From Oculatellaceae cyanobacterium bins.114 (lineage in GTDB: Bacteria > Cyanobacteriota > Cyanobacteriia > Elainellales > Elainellaceae), in NCBI GenBank assembly GCA_033764315.1, contig JANRJA010000186.1, positions 1 through 47,782 on the forward strand: 47,782 nt of DNA, read 5' to 3'. Numbering within the stretch: position 1 is the stretch's first letter; each line of letters begins with the position of its first letter. A model generated the notes under the pieces. The model saw only the letters and a list, made by a program, of their open reading frames with translations, searched no databases and was not told where the DNA came from. Positions 18,876-30,084 of this stretch are shown here, piece by piece. The position numbers were made by a program, and so were the translations under genes.

Positions 18876-20153
18876 ATGCCATCTAATTCATTTAAATCAA
18901 AGTCTCTTGAGAGTCTACCTGTCCTGACGGAACCTGTGCCATTAAGTTCCAGTTCAGATGTCAAAGTCATGAGTGCTGTTGAGGTCGAATCTCCAGCCAA
19001 CAAGGTAGATTTGGGGCACACGACGCCTCAAGCCCGTCGTCTGACTGAACAAAAGGTTGACGAACTACGGCGTGTGTTAGAGCGTCATCGGGGCGATCGC
19101 CATTTAGCGGTTTTGCAAGACTTCCCTGACCCCGATGCACTGTCTTGTGCCTGGGCCTACAAACTGATCGCTCAGCAATTTGATATTCGTTGTGACATTG
19201 TTTATGCCGGGGCGTTAAGCCATCAAGAAAATATTGCCCTGGTCAAGTTGATGGGCATCCCAATTCAGCGATGGAATATTCAAACCGCCAAAGAAAAAGA
19301 TTTGTCAGCGTATCAAGGCTGCGCTTTTATTGATAACCAGGGCACTACAACTCAATTGATGCCTTTGCTGCAACAAAGCTCAGTGCCAATTACGGTGGTG
19401 ATTGACCATCACACGATGCAAGGCGAATTGCGGTCAGAGTTTCATGACATTCGCTCTCAAACCCGCGCTACAGCCACCATCTTTACTCAATACTTGCAAG
19501 CTGGGCTATTAAAGCTTGATAGCAGTAATGGCGAACATATCAAGTGTGCTACTGCGTTAATGCATGGCATCCGATCTGATACCAATCGGTTGATGCAGGC
19601 GCAGGAAGAAGACTTTTTGGCGGCTGCCTATCTCAGTCGATTTTATGACAGCCAGTTGCTTAACTCGGTGTTGCAAGCTTCGCGATCGCGTCGGGTGATG
19701 GATGTGATTGAGCGATCGCTGCGTAACCGAATTCTGCAAAACAACTTCTCCATTGCTGGGGTGGGTTATTTGCGCTATGACGACCGAGATGCAATTCCTC
19801 AAGCGGCTGATTTCTTAGTCACCGAAGAGAACGTTCACACAGCGGTTGTCTATGGCATCGTGCACGATGAAGATGAGGATCTAGAGATCGTCATTGGCTC
19901 GTTGCGTACCACCAAGCTGACGCTTGACCCAGATGAGTTTATTAAAGAAGCATTTGGACAAGATACGCAAGGACGCTTTTTTGGGGGTGGGCGATCGATG
20001 GCAGGCGGGTTTGAGATTCCGATGGGTTTCTTGTCAGGTTTTAATGAAAGTCCGGAGTATACCAGGTTAAAATGGGAAGTCTTTGACGCTCAGATCAAGC
20101 AAAAACTATTACGCTTGGTCAATCCTGAAAACGGTGTAATTCGCACTGACTGA
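18876..20153 (+). CDS. DHH family phosphoesterase (NrnA-like)
   Basis: PDPDA, IDHH, GIRSDT, GGGR..AGG motifs. Confidence 0.85.
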   Translation: MPSNSFKSKSLESLPVLTEPVPLSSSSDVKVMSAVEVESPANKVDLGHTTPQARRLTEQKVDELRRVLERHRGDRHLAVLQDFPDPDALSCAWAYKLIAQQFDIRCDIVYAGALSHQENIALVKLMGIPIQRWNIQTAKEKDLSAYQGCAFIDNQGTTTQLMPLLQQSSVPITVVIDHHTMQGELRSEFHDIRSQTRATATIFTQYLQAGLLKLDSSNGEHIKCATALMHGIRSDTNRLMQAQEEDFLAAAYLSRFYDSQLLNSVLQASRSRRVMDVIERSLRNRILQNNFSIAGVGYLRYDDRDAIPQAADFLVTEENVHTAVVYGIVHDEDEDLEIVIGSLRTTKLTLDPDEFIKEAFGQDTQGRFFGGGRSMAGGFEIPMGFLSGFNESPEYTRLKWEVFDAQIKQKLLRLVNPENGVIRTD

Positions 20154-20160
20154 CCTTGAC

Positions 20161-20655
20161 ATGACTGAACTTTACATCATTCGCCACGGGCTAGCTGGAG
20201 ATCACGGTAGCTATCCCAATGACGACGAACGGCCACTCACTGATGAGGGACATCGAAGAACTCATAAAATTGCTAAACGGTTGCGAGAGCTTGACTTGCA
20301 GTTCGATTTAATCTTGACTAGCCCTCTGACCCGTGCTCGACAAACGGCTGACATTTTGCAAGACCGAGGATTGAGCGATCGCCTCGAAGAATCAGCCGAG
20401 CTTGCCCCCGGTGGCGACTTTGACAAATGGTTGACCTGGCTCGACCACTGGCAGCACACCAAAAAAAATCAACTGGCGATCGTGGGGCACGAACCCAATT
20501 TAAGTGAGTGGGCAGAACGACTAATCTGGGGAGAACCAAAACACCAAATCATCCTCAAAAAAGCAGGGGTAATTGGCTTAACCTTACCCTCCGAAGGGTC
20601 TCCGGTGGGGCGCAGTTGTCTTTTTTGGCTGACACCACCCAAATTTCTGCTATGA
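20161..20655 (+). CDS. sixA: Phosphohistidine phosphatase SixA
   Basis: IRHG.A, D.ERPLT, SPL.RARQTA, VGHEP. Confidence 0.9.
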   Translation: MTELYIIRHGLAGDHGSYPNDDERPLTDEGHRRTHKIAKRLRELDLQFDLILTSPLTRARQTADILQDRGLSDRLEESAELAPGGDFDKWLTWLDHWQHTKKNQLAIVGHEPNLSEWAERLIWGEPKHQIILKKAGVIGLTLPSEGSPVGRSCLFWLTPPKFLL

Positions 20656-20797
20656 AGGCATCATTTTTTCTTAAAATCCAGCCCAAGTGGGACAAGAGGG
20701 ATATAGAAGAATTACAGAACTGCTTTCAAACAGACAAACCTGCGAGGATGGGTGTGTCAATGTATCATATAAGTCTATTTTAGGCATACGGTGAATT

Positions 20798-21979
20798 ATG
20801 ACGGTTTGCGAGTATAAGCCAGGGTTGGAAGGGATTCCCGCCACGCAATCCAGTATTAGTTATGTTGATGGGCAGAAAGGCATTCTGGAATATCGTGGCA
20901 TCCGCATCGAAGATCTCGCCAAAATGAGTTCTTTTGTGGAAGTCTCCTATTTGTTAATTTGGGGCGAACTGCCAACAGAAGCAGAATTAGCCGACTTTAA
21001 ACACGAGATCCAATACCATCGACGGCTCAAATATCGAATTCGAGACATGATGAAGTGTTTCCCTGAGAGCGGTCATCCGATGGATGCTCTTCAGGCGTGC
21101 GCTGCTGCTTTAGGACTATTTTATTCTCGTCGGGCATTAGATGATCCTGCCTATATTCGAGCGGCTGTCGTGCGCCTTCTCGCCAAAATCCCGACGATGG
21201 TAGCAGCCTTTCAACTGATGCGGAAAGGAAACGACCCGGTGCAGCCCCGAGACGATCTCGATTACTCCACCAACTTCCTTTATATGTTGAATGAGCGGGA
21301 GCCTGACCCTCTGGCAGCTCACATCTTTGATGTGTGTCTAACGCTGCATGCAGAGCATACGATCAATGCTTCTACGTTTTCGGCTATGGTGACGGCCTCG
21401 ACCCTGACTGATCCCTATGCGGTGATTGCCTCTGCTGTCGGAACGCTGGCAGGTCCCTTGCATGGTGGGGCAAACGAAGAAGTGATCACGATGTTAGAGG
21501 AAATCGGCTCGGTCGAGAATGTCCGCCCTTATCTCGATCGCTGCTTAGAACACAAAGCCAAAATTATGGGCTTTGGACATCGGGTTTATAAGGTCAAAGA
21601 TCCACGTGCAACCATCTTGCAAGAACTAGCAGAAAAACTGTTTGAAAAGACTGGGCGCGATTATTACTACGACATTGCCGTTGAGCTAGAACGAGCTGTT
21701 GAGGAAAAGCTAAGCCACAAAGGAATCTACCCTAATGTTGATTTCTATTCAGGCTTGGTTTACCGCAAGTTGGGCATTCCCACCGATTTGTTTACCCCGG
21801 TGTTTGCGATCGCCCGTGTGGCAGGGTGGTTAGCTCACTGGAAAGAACAACTGGCAGAAAACCGGATCTTTCGTCCTACCCAAATCTACACTGGCACTCA
21901 CGATGAACCTTACGTTCCTATCAAAGAGCGTCGCTCTGCGGATGACAAAGCGTTGATGGCGGAATTGGTGGCGCAGTGA
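20798..21979 (+). CDS. gltA: Citrate synthase
   Basis: HAEHTINAST, GPLHGGANE, GFGHRVYK, YPNVDFYSG. Confidence 0.97.
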   Translation: MTVCEYKPGLEGIPATQSSISYVDGQKGILEYRGIRIEDLAKMSSFVEVSYLLIWGELPTEAELADFKHEIQYHRRLKYRIRDMMKCFPESGHPMDALQACAAALGLFYSRRALDDPAYIRAAVVRLLAKIPTMVAAFQLMRKGNDPVQPRDDLDYSTNFLYMLNEREPDPLAAHIFDVCLTLHAEHTINASTFSAMVTASTLTDPYAVIASAVGTLAGPLHGGANEEVITMLEEIGSVENVRPYLDRCLEHKAKIMGFGHRVYKVKDPRATILQELAEKLFEKTGRDYYYDIAVELERAVEEKLSHKGIYPNVDFYSGLVYRKLGIPTDLFTPVFAIARVAGWLAHWKEQLAENRIFRPTQIYTGTHDEPYVPIKERRSADDKALMAELVAQ

Positions 21980-22106
21980 GATGAAGAATGAAGGCTATTT
22001 TTAGCCTTGATCCTTTATTTTTTATCATGACTGATGGGTCACACCCCCCTTGTTATTTAGCCTTAGGCTTGTCATGATGCTGTCAGTGACGATTTTCAGG
22101 AACTCC

Positions 22107-22141
22107 AACCCCCGAACAGTTTGTTTGGGGGTTTTTGTTTT
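22107..22141 (+). terminator. Rho-independent terminator downstream of gltA
   Basis: AACCCCCGAACA-gtt-TGTTTGGGGGTT followed by a T-rich tract. Confidence 0.75.
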
Positions 22142-22300
22142 GGCGTTGCTGGGTGAGTTTTGTCAGAAAGTTTCGCTAAACGTCTCTGGGGCTACGAGCA
22201 ACGTCCATGAATCATCTCTGTATTCAGCAATGCCTTTGTTTTGATAGACAGCCAGACTATCGATCCTGCATTGACCCTGCATTGACAATGCTCAGAGAGT

Positions 22301-22738
22301 TTACAGTGATCGGAGAGTAGCTTGAGCAATCGTGTAGGCTTCTAGATATTCCTTGCCGCCCAACATCACATCCCCGTAATACTCATAGGGCTGACTACCA
22401 TAGACAGGGAGTGGCTCATCTTCAGGATAGTCTTCCCTTGCCTCTTCGATCGCCGCTTTGAGTTGTTTTACCGTGAGCCGCTGTGCTGAGAAGTAATGCA
22501 AATCAGCCGCCACTTTGTTGAAATGGGGAAAGGTGGGGTCAATGATTCGATCGTCTACCTCAATCCAGCCATGTTCAATAATTTTGGCGGATTTGCCAAG
22601 AATGATAAATCCTTGAACATATACTGCCCCCTCTGTTGCGAGTGCCGCTCGATAGGCATTCTCAAACGGTGTTTTCGCTTTACTTTTGATCTGTTGGGCG
22701 ATCGCAACTGAGAGCCCCTCATCCAGGGAAGGATTCAT
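22301..22738 (-). CDS. Conserved hypothetical protein
   Basis: Open frame with YVQGF...IEHGWIE...IIDPT (transglutaminase/papain-like H-W pattern, no obvious Cys). Confidence 0.7.
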   Translation of the reverse strand: MNPSLDEGLSVAIAQQIKSKAKTPFENAYRAALATEGAVYVQGFIILGKSAKIIEHGWIEVDDRIIDPTFPHFNKVAADLHYFSAQRLTVKQLKAAIEEAREDYPEDEPLPVYGSQPYEYYGDVMLGGKEYLEAYTIAQATLRSL

Positions 22739-22976
22739 GTCGTATAACACTCCAGATGGTTAAGACCACTTGCAAAGTATACCGTTCATCCCAGCAAGGA
22801 TAAAGGTGAGCTGCAATACGGTGAGTGGATTGAAATCTACTCTGAGTTTGCTCAAGCAGACTTCACACCATTAGCCTACAACTTTAGTCATGGGCAAAAT
22901 GGAGCGAAGGCAAAGCCTGTCTTGACTCAAAAATCTGGACATAGCCTTGGACTGGGTCAGTTGTGACCTTACCCTT

Positions 22977-24245
22977 TTACCTCTTTGCTCTCACACCCTC
23001 TTTTCCTCTGCCTCCAGTTCTCGGCCTAGATTGACCGCCTCGACGTTGGCTTCCTTGCTGCGATCGCCCCCGATCAGATGAGGCCGCGCCAGAAGAGGAA
23101 GCTGTAGCCGCCGTCGGTTCATATCCAGCAATGACATCCTGCGTCAGGGTCCGATTGAGCAAGCGTTCAATATCGTTGAGCAGAGGATACTCATCGGCAC
23201 AAACAAGAGAAACCGCTCGTCCTTCATTGCCTGCACGACCTGTGCGCCCAATCCGGTGCACATAATCCTCTGGGACATTAGGCAACTCAAAGTTGACGAC
23301 ATGGGGCAGTTGGTCAATATCTAACCCCCGTGATGCCACATCGGTAGCCACTAAAACTCGCACTTTGCCCTGTTTGAAGTCGTTGAGCGCACGGGTACGG
23401 GCTGCTTGAGTTTTATTACCGTGAATCGCTGTAGATTTTAGCCCATCCTTAGCCAACTGCTCAGCAAGTCGGTTTGCACCGTGTTTGGTGCGCGTGAAAA
23501 CTAACACCTGTTGCCAGTTATTAAACCCAATCAGATACGACAGCAATTCTCGTTTGCGATCGCGATCAACGAGGTGAACCACCTGCTCTACTTGCTCAGC
23601 AGTCGTATTGCGGGGAGCCACTTCGATCAGCACAGGTGAGTTAAGCAGGGTATTTGCCAGATTTTGAATCGGCTTGCTAAAGGTGGCAGAAAACATGAGC
23701 GTTTGCCGTCCAGAAGGCAGCTTTGCCAAAATTTTGCGAATGTCATGAATGAAGCCCATGTCTAACATGCGATCGCACTCGTCTAACACCAAAATCTCAA
23801 CCTGAGAGATGTCTAGCGTGCGTTGCATCAGGTGATCGAGCAGTCGTCCGGGTGTGCCAACCACAATATCGACGCCTTTGCGAAGCGATTGAATTTGTGG
23901 CTCAATGCCAACACCGCCATAGATCACAGTGGATCGCAATGACAAATATTTACCGTAGATTTTGACACTATCGCCCACCTGTGCAGCCAACTCCCGCGTT
24001 GGAGTGAGGATCAACGCACGCGGCAAACGACGCACACTGTTGGGTTGAGTTGCGCTGAGCCGATGCAAGAGAGGGAGAGTAAAGCCAGCAGTTTTGCCCG
24101 TCCCTGTTTGAGCACTGGCGAAGATATCACGCCCCTCTAACGCCGCAGGAATGGCCTGCTGTTGAATCGGAGTCGGCTCTGTATAGCCTTCGTCAGCTAC
24201 AGCACGAAGCAGGTCGGTCGAGAGACCGAGAGTTTGAAATGTCAT
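22977..24245 (-). CDS. rhlE: DEAD-box RNA helicase, RhlE/CrhC type
   Basis: Q motif, [31 protein letters not shown]; short RGG tail. Confidence 0.88.
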   Translation of the reverse strand: MTFQTLGLSTDLLRAVADEGYTEPTPIQQQAIPAALEGRDIFASAQTGTGKTAGFTLPLLHRLSATQPNSVRRLPRALILTPTRELAAQVGDSVKIYGKYLSLRSTVIYGGVGIEPQIQSLRKGVDIVVGTPGRLLDHLMQRTLDISQVEILVLDECDRMLDMGFIHDIRKILAKLPSGRQTLMFSATFSKPIQNLANTLLNSPVLIEVAPRNTTAEQVEQVVHLVDRDRKRELLSYLIGFNNWQQVLVFTRTKHGANRLAEQLAKDGLKSTAIHGNKTQAARTRALNDFKQGKVRVLVATDVASRGLDIDQLPHVVNFELPNVPEDYVHRIGRTGRAGNEGRAVSLVCADEYPLLNDIERLLNRTLTQDVIAGYEPTAATASSSGAASSDRGRSQQGSQRRGGQSRPRTGGRGKEGVRAKR

Positions 24246-24508
24246 GAATGCAATTGCTCCGAGTGGTGCCCCTACCCCAAATGAAATGCTGGGACCAGTC
24301 TAAGAGCAGTAATTCTGTAATTTAAGTGAATGGTTCACTGAACCTGTTCCCATACGCCAGCAACAGACCGGAATGTACTGGCAGAACTTCATCCTAACAG
24401 AAATTGAGAGCCAACATCAAAAAAGAGGGGTGTGCTGTTCTAGAATGACTGTGCTGATTGAATCAAGATCTGGTAGGGTTTTAGGGCAGCTTTAAAACAG
24501 TCATTGAG

Positions 24509-25435
24509 ATGAGTGTAGAGTCACTGAAAGGGCGAGATCTGCTGAGCCTTGCTGATTTAAGTACCGATGAGACGCTTGCTCTATTAGCATTAGCAGCACA
24601 ACTAAAGGCAAAACAGATTAATCCACGCTGTAACAAGGTTTTGGGCTTACTGTTTCAAAAGGCATCTACCCGAACTCGGGTCAGTTTTTCAGTGGCGATC
24701 TACCAACTAGGAGGGCAAGTGCTTGACCTCAACGCTAGCGTCACCCAAGTCAGTCGAGGAGAGCCAACGATCGATACGGCGCGAGTGCTCGATCGCTATC
24801 TAGATATTGTGGCAATTCGCACCTTTGCTCAGGCTGAGATTGAAACCTTTGCCCACTATGCCAAAATTCCAGTGATTAATGCGCTCACCGATTTAGAGCA
24901 CCCTTGTCAAGCACTGGCCGATCTGCTTACCGTGCAGGAAGAGTTTGGCAGTTTAGAGGGGTTGACCCTGACGTATGTAGGGGATGGTAACAATGTGGCA
25001 CACTCATTGTTATTGGGTTGTGCTCTAGTGGGCATGAACGTGCGGATTGCCTGTCCAAAAGACTATCAACCTGACCCAACCGTCGTCGCACGGGCACAGG
25101 CGATCGCAGGCGATCGCACTCAAGTCTTGATTACTGACGATCCCATCATTGCCACCCAAGGATCTCACGCGCTCTATACCGATGTATGGGCAAGTATGGG
25201 GCAAGAAGATTTAGCGGAAACTCGCATCCCTGTGTTTCAGCCCTATCAACTCAATGAAACGCTGTTAGCTAATGCTGATCCCAGAGCGATTGTGTTGCAC
25301 TGTTTGCCTGCCCATCGGGGTGAAGAGATTACCGAAGGGGTAATGGAAGGCACCCAATCCCGCATTTGGGATCAAGCTGAAAACCGTCTTCATGCTCAAA
25401 AAGCACTCTTGGTGAGCCTGTTAGGGGCAGACTAA
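24509..25435 (+). CDS. argF: Ornithine carbamoyltransferase
   Basis: STRTRVSF, HPCQALAD, DVWASMG, HCLP. Confidence 0.96.
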   Translation: MSVESLKGRDLLSLADLSTDETLALLALAAQLKAKQINPRCNKVLGLLFQKASTRTRVSFSVAIYQLGGQVLDLNASVTQVSRGEPTIDTARVLDRYLDIVAIRTFAQAEIETFAHYAKIPVINALTDLEHPCQALADLLTVQEEFGSLEGLTLTYVGDGNNVAHSLLLGCALVGMNVRIACPKDYQPDPTVVARAQAIAGDRTQVLITDDPIIATQGSHALYTDVWASMGQEDLAETRIPVFQPYQLNETLLANADPRAIVLHCLPAHRGEEITEGVMEGTQSRIWDQAENRLHAQKALLVSLLGAD

Positions 25436-25479
25436 GCCAGTTTGTTGCCTGATTGTTTGAGCGTTAGCCTATGTCCAGG

Positions 25480-27078
25480 TTAGACTTTAGGGTTCAATTT
25501 GATGCGAGCTTGACGACGTAAAGCTGTTCCCGCTTTGACGTCACCACTTCCTTCGGTTAGTGCCGCTACTCCAACCCCTAACAAAGCCCCTAGCAACAGG
25601 CCCATGCCCACACTGTGTTTCTGATCAGGGATAAAAGCTTGAGGTTGTCTCAGTTGAGTCTGTAAAATTTCTGGGGGTGACACCAGATTCCATGATTTTT
25701 CTGAGGCAACGATAGTTTGCAGTTCCTGATGCTGAGTGGAGTACTGCGCCAGAAGAGTATTAGCATCTTGTAACTGTCGCTCTAAATGAGCATATTGCTC
25801 TAACACGGTCGTTGACTGGTCAATGCGCTGGTTAAGATTTTGGTCTAACTGCATCAGTTTTTGTTGATGTAACCCTAAAATCTCAGCTTGGTGAGTCATC
25901 TCAATCCATCGCTGCACATCTGAGAGTTGACTGGCTAGAGGGGTTGGCTGACCAATCACATGGTTGACTATAAATTGGACAGAAATTGTATTGGTCTCCT
26001 CGTTCAGTTTTACAACGAGAGCTTGATATTGCTCATATAGCGGTTGCAAATTATTTTGTTGAATTTGAGGATGTTGAAGCTCTTCAGCAATCAAACTTTC
26101 GACTGATTTCAGTTGCTCCATCAACAGTTGATAGTGAGCATTTTGAGCTAGCAAATCAGCCGCACTAAAGGGATGGGCTTGTGGTTGTAATTGGGCTGTT
26201 AACCGCTCAACTTGCCTGCGTACTGCATCCAATTTGGCTTGATTTTGCTCAATTTGCCGATTGAGTTGAGTCTTGAGCACCAGCGTTTGCTGATGTTGAG
26301 CTTGCAAATTGGGAATCTGATTTTGTTGTTGAAAGTGATTGAGATTGCTTTGAAGGGTCTTGATGCGGGCTTGAACGGATGATATTTGAGTTGTGAGGTG
26401 TTCAAGATTTTGACAGGTTTGTGTCACACAAGACTGACTATCACTTGTGTAGACCTCAGCCACCTTATCCAGAATGGCTTGTAGATGTTGCGTGTCTTTT
26501 GTCTGATAACTCACTTCAAGCACATTAGAGGTACTGGTTGGAGCCACCTTCAGATTATTGACTAAGGACTGGTAGTCAATCTCAATGCCCTCAGCTTGTA
26601 GTTGAGCGATCGCGGGTTCAAGCAGGGCAGGACTGGTTAACACTGCCGTGTGCTGCTCCAAACTCATGGCTGGTGGGGCGATCGCTGAATAAGACTGAGA
26701 CTGAGCCACTGTCTCAACTGCATCTGTCTCCACTTCGCTAGTCGCCAGATAAAATCGACCTTCGTAATCAGGGTTAGATGGCGTTAAGACTTCTGCCAAA
26801 CCTGTTGAACTGACTGCAATTGCGACTCCTGCGATCGCCACAGTTTGATGTTGCTTAAGAGATTTTACCCATCTATTGCGGCTTAACGGAGATGGCGATC
26901 GCAGTTTTTGATTGAGCAGATCAACCGTTTGAGGGTGAGGGAGCACTTCGACAGAGGGCACATCAATCACAGCAAAGGTTGATGCACAAGGAGTAGACCT
27001 TGGTACAACGTTTGGCAATATGACCTCAACATCACGGGAGTCAACCTGTGAATTGGGTTTGACTGGTGTAGTAACCAT
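25480..27078 (-). CDS. GumC/Wzc-like polysaccharide chain-length protein lacking the kinase domain
   Basis: N-terminal TM, VLTSP.LLEP...NVLEVSY, long Gln-rich coiled coil, C-terminal GLLLGALLGVGVA helix; no Walker A. Confidence 0.65.
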   Translation of the reverse strand: MVTTPVKPNSQVDSRDVEVILPNVVPRSTPCASTFAVIDVPSVEVLPHPQTVDLLNQKLRSPSPLSRNRWVKSLKQHQTVAIAGVAIAVSSTGLAEVLTPSNPDYEGRFYLATSEVETDAVETVAQSQSYSAIAPPAMSLEQHTAVLTSPALLEPAIAQLQAEGIEIDYQSLVNNLKVAPTSTSNVLEVSYQTKDTQHLQAILDKVAEVYTSDSQSCVTQTCQNLEHLTTQISSVQARIKTLQSNLNHFQQQNQIPNLQAQHQQTLVLKTQLNRQIEQNQAKLDAVRRQVERLTAQLQPQAHPFSAADLLAQNAHYQLLMEQLKSVESLIAEELQHPQIQQNNLQPLYEQYQALVVKLNEETNTISVQFIVNHVIGQPTPLASQLSDVQRWIEMTHQAEILGLHQQKLMQLDQNLNQRIDQSTTVLEQYAHLERQLQDANTLLAQYSTQHQELQTIVASEKSWNLVSPPEILQTQLRQPQAFIPDQKHSVGMGLLLGALLGVGVAALTEGSGDVKAGTALRRQARIKLNPKV

Positions 27079-27348
27079 CCCTAACCCCTCGGCAACCTAC
27101 AAAGTGCAAGAAACCGCCAAACCTAAATTTAGCAGTACCATTAACCCCCTATACAGAGTTTTGAAGTAAAACCAGGATTAAACCAGGGCAATTTTTACCT
27201 TGATCAGAAAGATAGGGGCGAGGCAGTTAGCCGCGATCGCTACCAGGACGCCAAAAATTACGCATTAATCCCTGAGATTTTTACGGATTGAAGGTATGTT
27301 TCTGGTGTAGATCGGGATGTAACCCGTTGAAAATTCTGCATTGCCCCC

Positions 27349-27858
27349 ATGTCAGTCAACGATAGTAACCGTAAAGGTCCACGCACCGAAGTCATCGTCG
27401 CTCTCATTGGTTTAGTCGGCATTATCAGTGTTGCCCTGATTGAAAATTGGGATACCCTCTTTGACCAAGCAGCATCCACTGTTACACCGACTCCAGTGAG
27501 CAGTGCTCCTATCTCTGATGCACCAACCTCTACCCCTGTGTCAAGCCCAACGGCATCGGCTACTCCAATTTTGACGCCTGCCTCTCCCTCAACTTCAGAG
27601 GAAGTTGTATCGCAAGGTGGGTTAGCAGATTGCAAAATCACCATTACTCGTCCCCTCGTGGCTTTGATGAGTGAGCCCGATACCTTTAGTCGGCAAATCA
27701 TTAGAGTCGATCCAGGAGAATATACGCCGCTTAATCACACCATCATTAGCACGATGATTGGCGAAGAGGGGTGGTTTCAACTTGAAGTTGAAGGTCACCA
27801 AGGCTGGATTTCAGATGATACGATGACGATTTATGAGAAGACGCAAGCATGCCCATAA
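27349..27858 (+). CDS. Membrane-anchored protein with Pro/Thr/Ser linker and bacterial SH3-like domain
   Basis: TM VALIGLVG, PT-rich linker, WFQLEVEGHQGWI. Confidence 0.65.
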   Translation: MSVNDSNRKGPRTEVIVALIGLVGIISVALIENWDTLFDQAASTVTPTPVSSAPISDAPTSTPVSSPTASATPILTPASPSTSEEVVSQGGLADCKITITRPLVALMSEPDTFSRQIIRVDPGEYTPLNHTIISTMIGEEGWFQLEVEGHQGWISDDTMTIYEKTQACP

Positions 27859-27893
27859 TGAGAGAGTAATCTGCATCTCATTAGGTCATATCT

Positions 27894-28523
27894 ATGCCAG
27901 AAGCAACCTTGTTTTGGCTGTTTTTAACAGCTGCGATCGCCCTCGCCATTACCCCTGGCCCTGGCATTTTTTATGTGTTAACTCGCAGTCTCAAGGGAGG
28001 TCGAGCAGAGGGGTTGGTGTCTTCTGTGGGCACAGCAGTGGGTGGATTTGTGCATGTTATTGCAGCCGCATTTGGGCTGTCTGCCATTCTGGCGACTTCA
28101 GCAACGGCGTTTACAGTGATTAAGTTTGCTGGAGCCGCGTATCTGATCTATTTAGGGATTCGGACGCTGAAGCATTCCGATCAACTGTTATTAGAAACTG
28201 ACGTAGAGTCGAGTCCAATGCATTATGCGTTTCGGCAGGGGATTATCACCGAAGTGCTCAATCCTAAGACAGCCCTATTTTTCCTGGCATTCATTCCCCA
28301 GTTTATTAACCCCCACGGCAATGTAGTGGCACAGTTTGTTCTATTGGGGAGTATTTCGATCGCCCTCAACACCACCGCCGATGCGATCGTTGCGTTGTTG
28401 GCAGGTCCGATTGGGCAGTGGTTAAAAACCAATCCTCGCTTTCAGCAGAGACAACGGCTATTCACCGGATGGTCTTTGATTGGTTTAGGGGCTTATGTAG
28501 CGATCGCCGACAACAAACGCTAA
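27894..28523 (+). CDS. LysE family translocator
   Basis: ITPGPG, GAAYLIYLG, EVLNPKTALFF. Confidence 0.92.
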   Translation: MPEATLFWLFLTAAIALAITPGPGIFYVLTRSLKGGRAEGLVSSVGTAVGGFVHVIAAAFGLSAILATSATAFTVIKFAGAAYLIYLGIRTLKHSDQLLLETDVESSPMHYAFRQGIITEVLNPKTALFFLAFIPQFINPHGNVVAQFVLLGSISIALNTTADAIVALLAGPIGQWLKTNPRFQQRQRLFTGWSLIGLGAYVAIADNKR

Positions 28524-28610
28524 TCGCAAGTTTTTCAATCTGGGCTATCTCTATAGGTTTTTGTCAGGGCATTTTGCGAAATGTCCTGACTTGGAGCCTG
28601 ACATGAACCG

Positions 28611-29021
28611 TTATTTTTCTTTACAAACCCACTTCCACAAAGGGTGGCTGGGTCCCTGCTCCCGAATTTTAATGAGTTGCCGTTCTAATCGTTTGGTTTG
28701 TTGCTGAGAAATGCCAAACAAAATATTGCGGCTCTGCCAAATTAACACCGCCACAGTGGTGCCAATACACAGTGCCAACCCAAACGTGGGTAGGGGATTG
28801 TAAATCAGCCCATACCGCAACGCTGCCCAGGTAAAATATTCACGCCACAGAGCCATCTCAGAGCGCAGACCCCACAAACTGAGAGGAGCCAAACACAACC
28901 AAAACAACCCGGTGACTAACCACCGACCCATAACAGTGAGGTTGTGAAGCCGTTGCATTTGCTGTTGAAAGACGGGGTCGTAGCCCTCTTTAGAGAAAAA
29001 TAGGAACTCCTGATCTGTCAT
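28611..29021 (-). CDS. Conserved cyanobacterial hypothetical membrane protein
   Basis: Two TM segments, FTW.ALRYGL, IREQGPSHPLWKW; downstream of secF. Confidence 0.7.
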   Translation of the reverse strand: MTDQEFLFFSKEGYDPVFQQQMQRLHNLTVMGRWLVTGLFWLCLAPLSLWGLRSEMALWREYFTWAALRYGLIYNPLPTFGLALCIGTTVAVLIWQSRNILFGISQQQTKRLERQLIKIREQGPSHPLWKWVCKEK

Positions 29022-29100
29022 ATAGCAGCCCTCAATGATGTGTTTGATGGGTGCATGGGATGCAGTCACATCCACACGGGATTGCTATAGTCTCTAAAAC

Positions 29101-30084
29101 TCAAGCATCCTTAGGATTGCTGGTAGAGTCGAGTGTCTCAGTGTCAGCGATCGCCACGGGAGACATCTTTTCAGTCCGTTCTCGCCACCAAGCCAGGAGT
29201 GAACTGGCAATAAAAATACTGGAATAGGCTCCCATTGTGAAACCAACAATAAGTGCCAGAGCAAAGTATTTGAGTGTTTCACCACCAAACAAAAAGATGG
29301 AGACCAGGGTGAATAAGACCGTCAGTGTAGTGTTGATAGAACGGGTCAAGGTTTGGTTGACGGCACTATCCACAATATCGTTGATAGAACGGTTAGGGTT
29401 AAGTTTGATAGTTTCACGAATGCGATCGTAAATCACGACTGTGTCGTTGACTGAGAACCCCACGATGGTTAGCAAGGCCACAATAAACAGACTGTCTACC
29501 TCGACCCCCAGCACAAGACCCAAAATTGAAAACACACCAACCGTAATCAAAACATCGTGAAACAGGGCAACGATGGCTAAAACAGCATAGTCCAACTGAA
29601 AGCGAAAGGTGAGGTAGATCGCAATGCCAGCAAAGGACAGGAACAACGCCAACATGCCAGATTGAAACAGTTGTCGCCCTAGCGTTGGGCCGACGCTGTC
29701 AATTTTTATCGCCTGAGTATTTAAGTTGCCTAGATTTTCGGCTAACGCAGATTGAAGTTGAGACCGCTCTTCAGGAGCCAGGTTGGTGGTGCGAATAGAC
29801 AACCCCTGACGATTTTCACCTAAAATCTGAATGCTACTGCTAGCTAGCCCCTGTTGTGCCAAAACATCGCGCACGGTTGCTGGATCAATCGCGTCTTTGC
29901 AGTTATCGGGGTTTGTACAATCGCGCTCGACCTGGAGACGAGTACCCCCCACAAAGTCGAGGCTTGGTCGCAAGGGTGAGCCGATCTGGGTCCAGGAAAT
30001 GACCATCGAAATCAGACCACTCAGGATAATCGCTAAGGAAATCGTCCACCACAGCGATCGCTGTTTAATAACGTTTAATTTCAT
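29101..30084 (-). CDS. secF: Protein translocase subunit SecF
   Basis: [35 protein letters not shown]. Confidence 0.96.
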   Translation of the reverse strand: MKLNVIKQRSLWWTISLAIILSGLISMVISWTQIGSPLRPSLDFVGGTRLQVERDCTNPDNCKDAIDPATVRDVLAQQGLASSSIQILGENRQGLSIRTTNLAPEERSQLQSALAENLGNLNTQAIKIDSVGPTLGRQLFQSGMLALFLSFAGIAIYLTFRFQLDYAVLAIVALFHDVLITVGVFSILGLVLGVEVDSLFIVALLTIVGFSVNDTVVIYDRIRETIKLNPNRSINDIVDSAVNQTLTRSINTTLTVLFTLVSIFLFGGETLKYFALALIVGFTMGAYSSIFIASSLLAWWRERTEKMSPVAIADTETLDSTSNPKDA

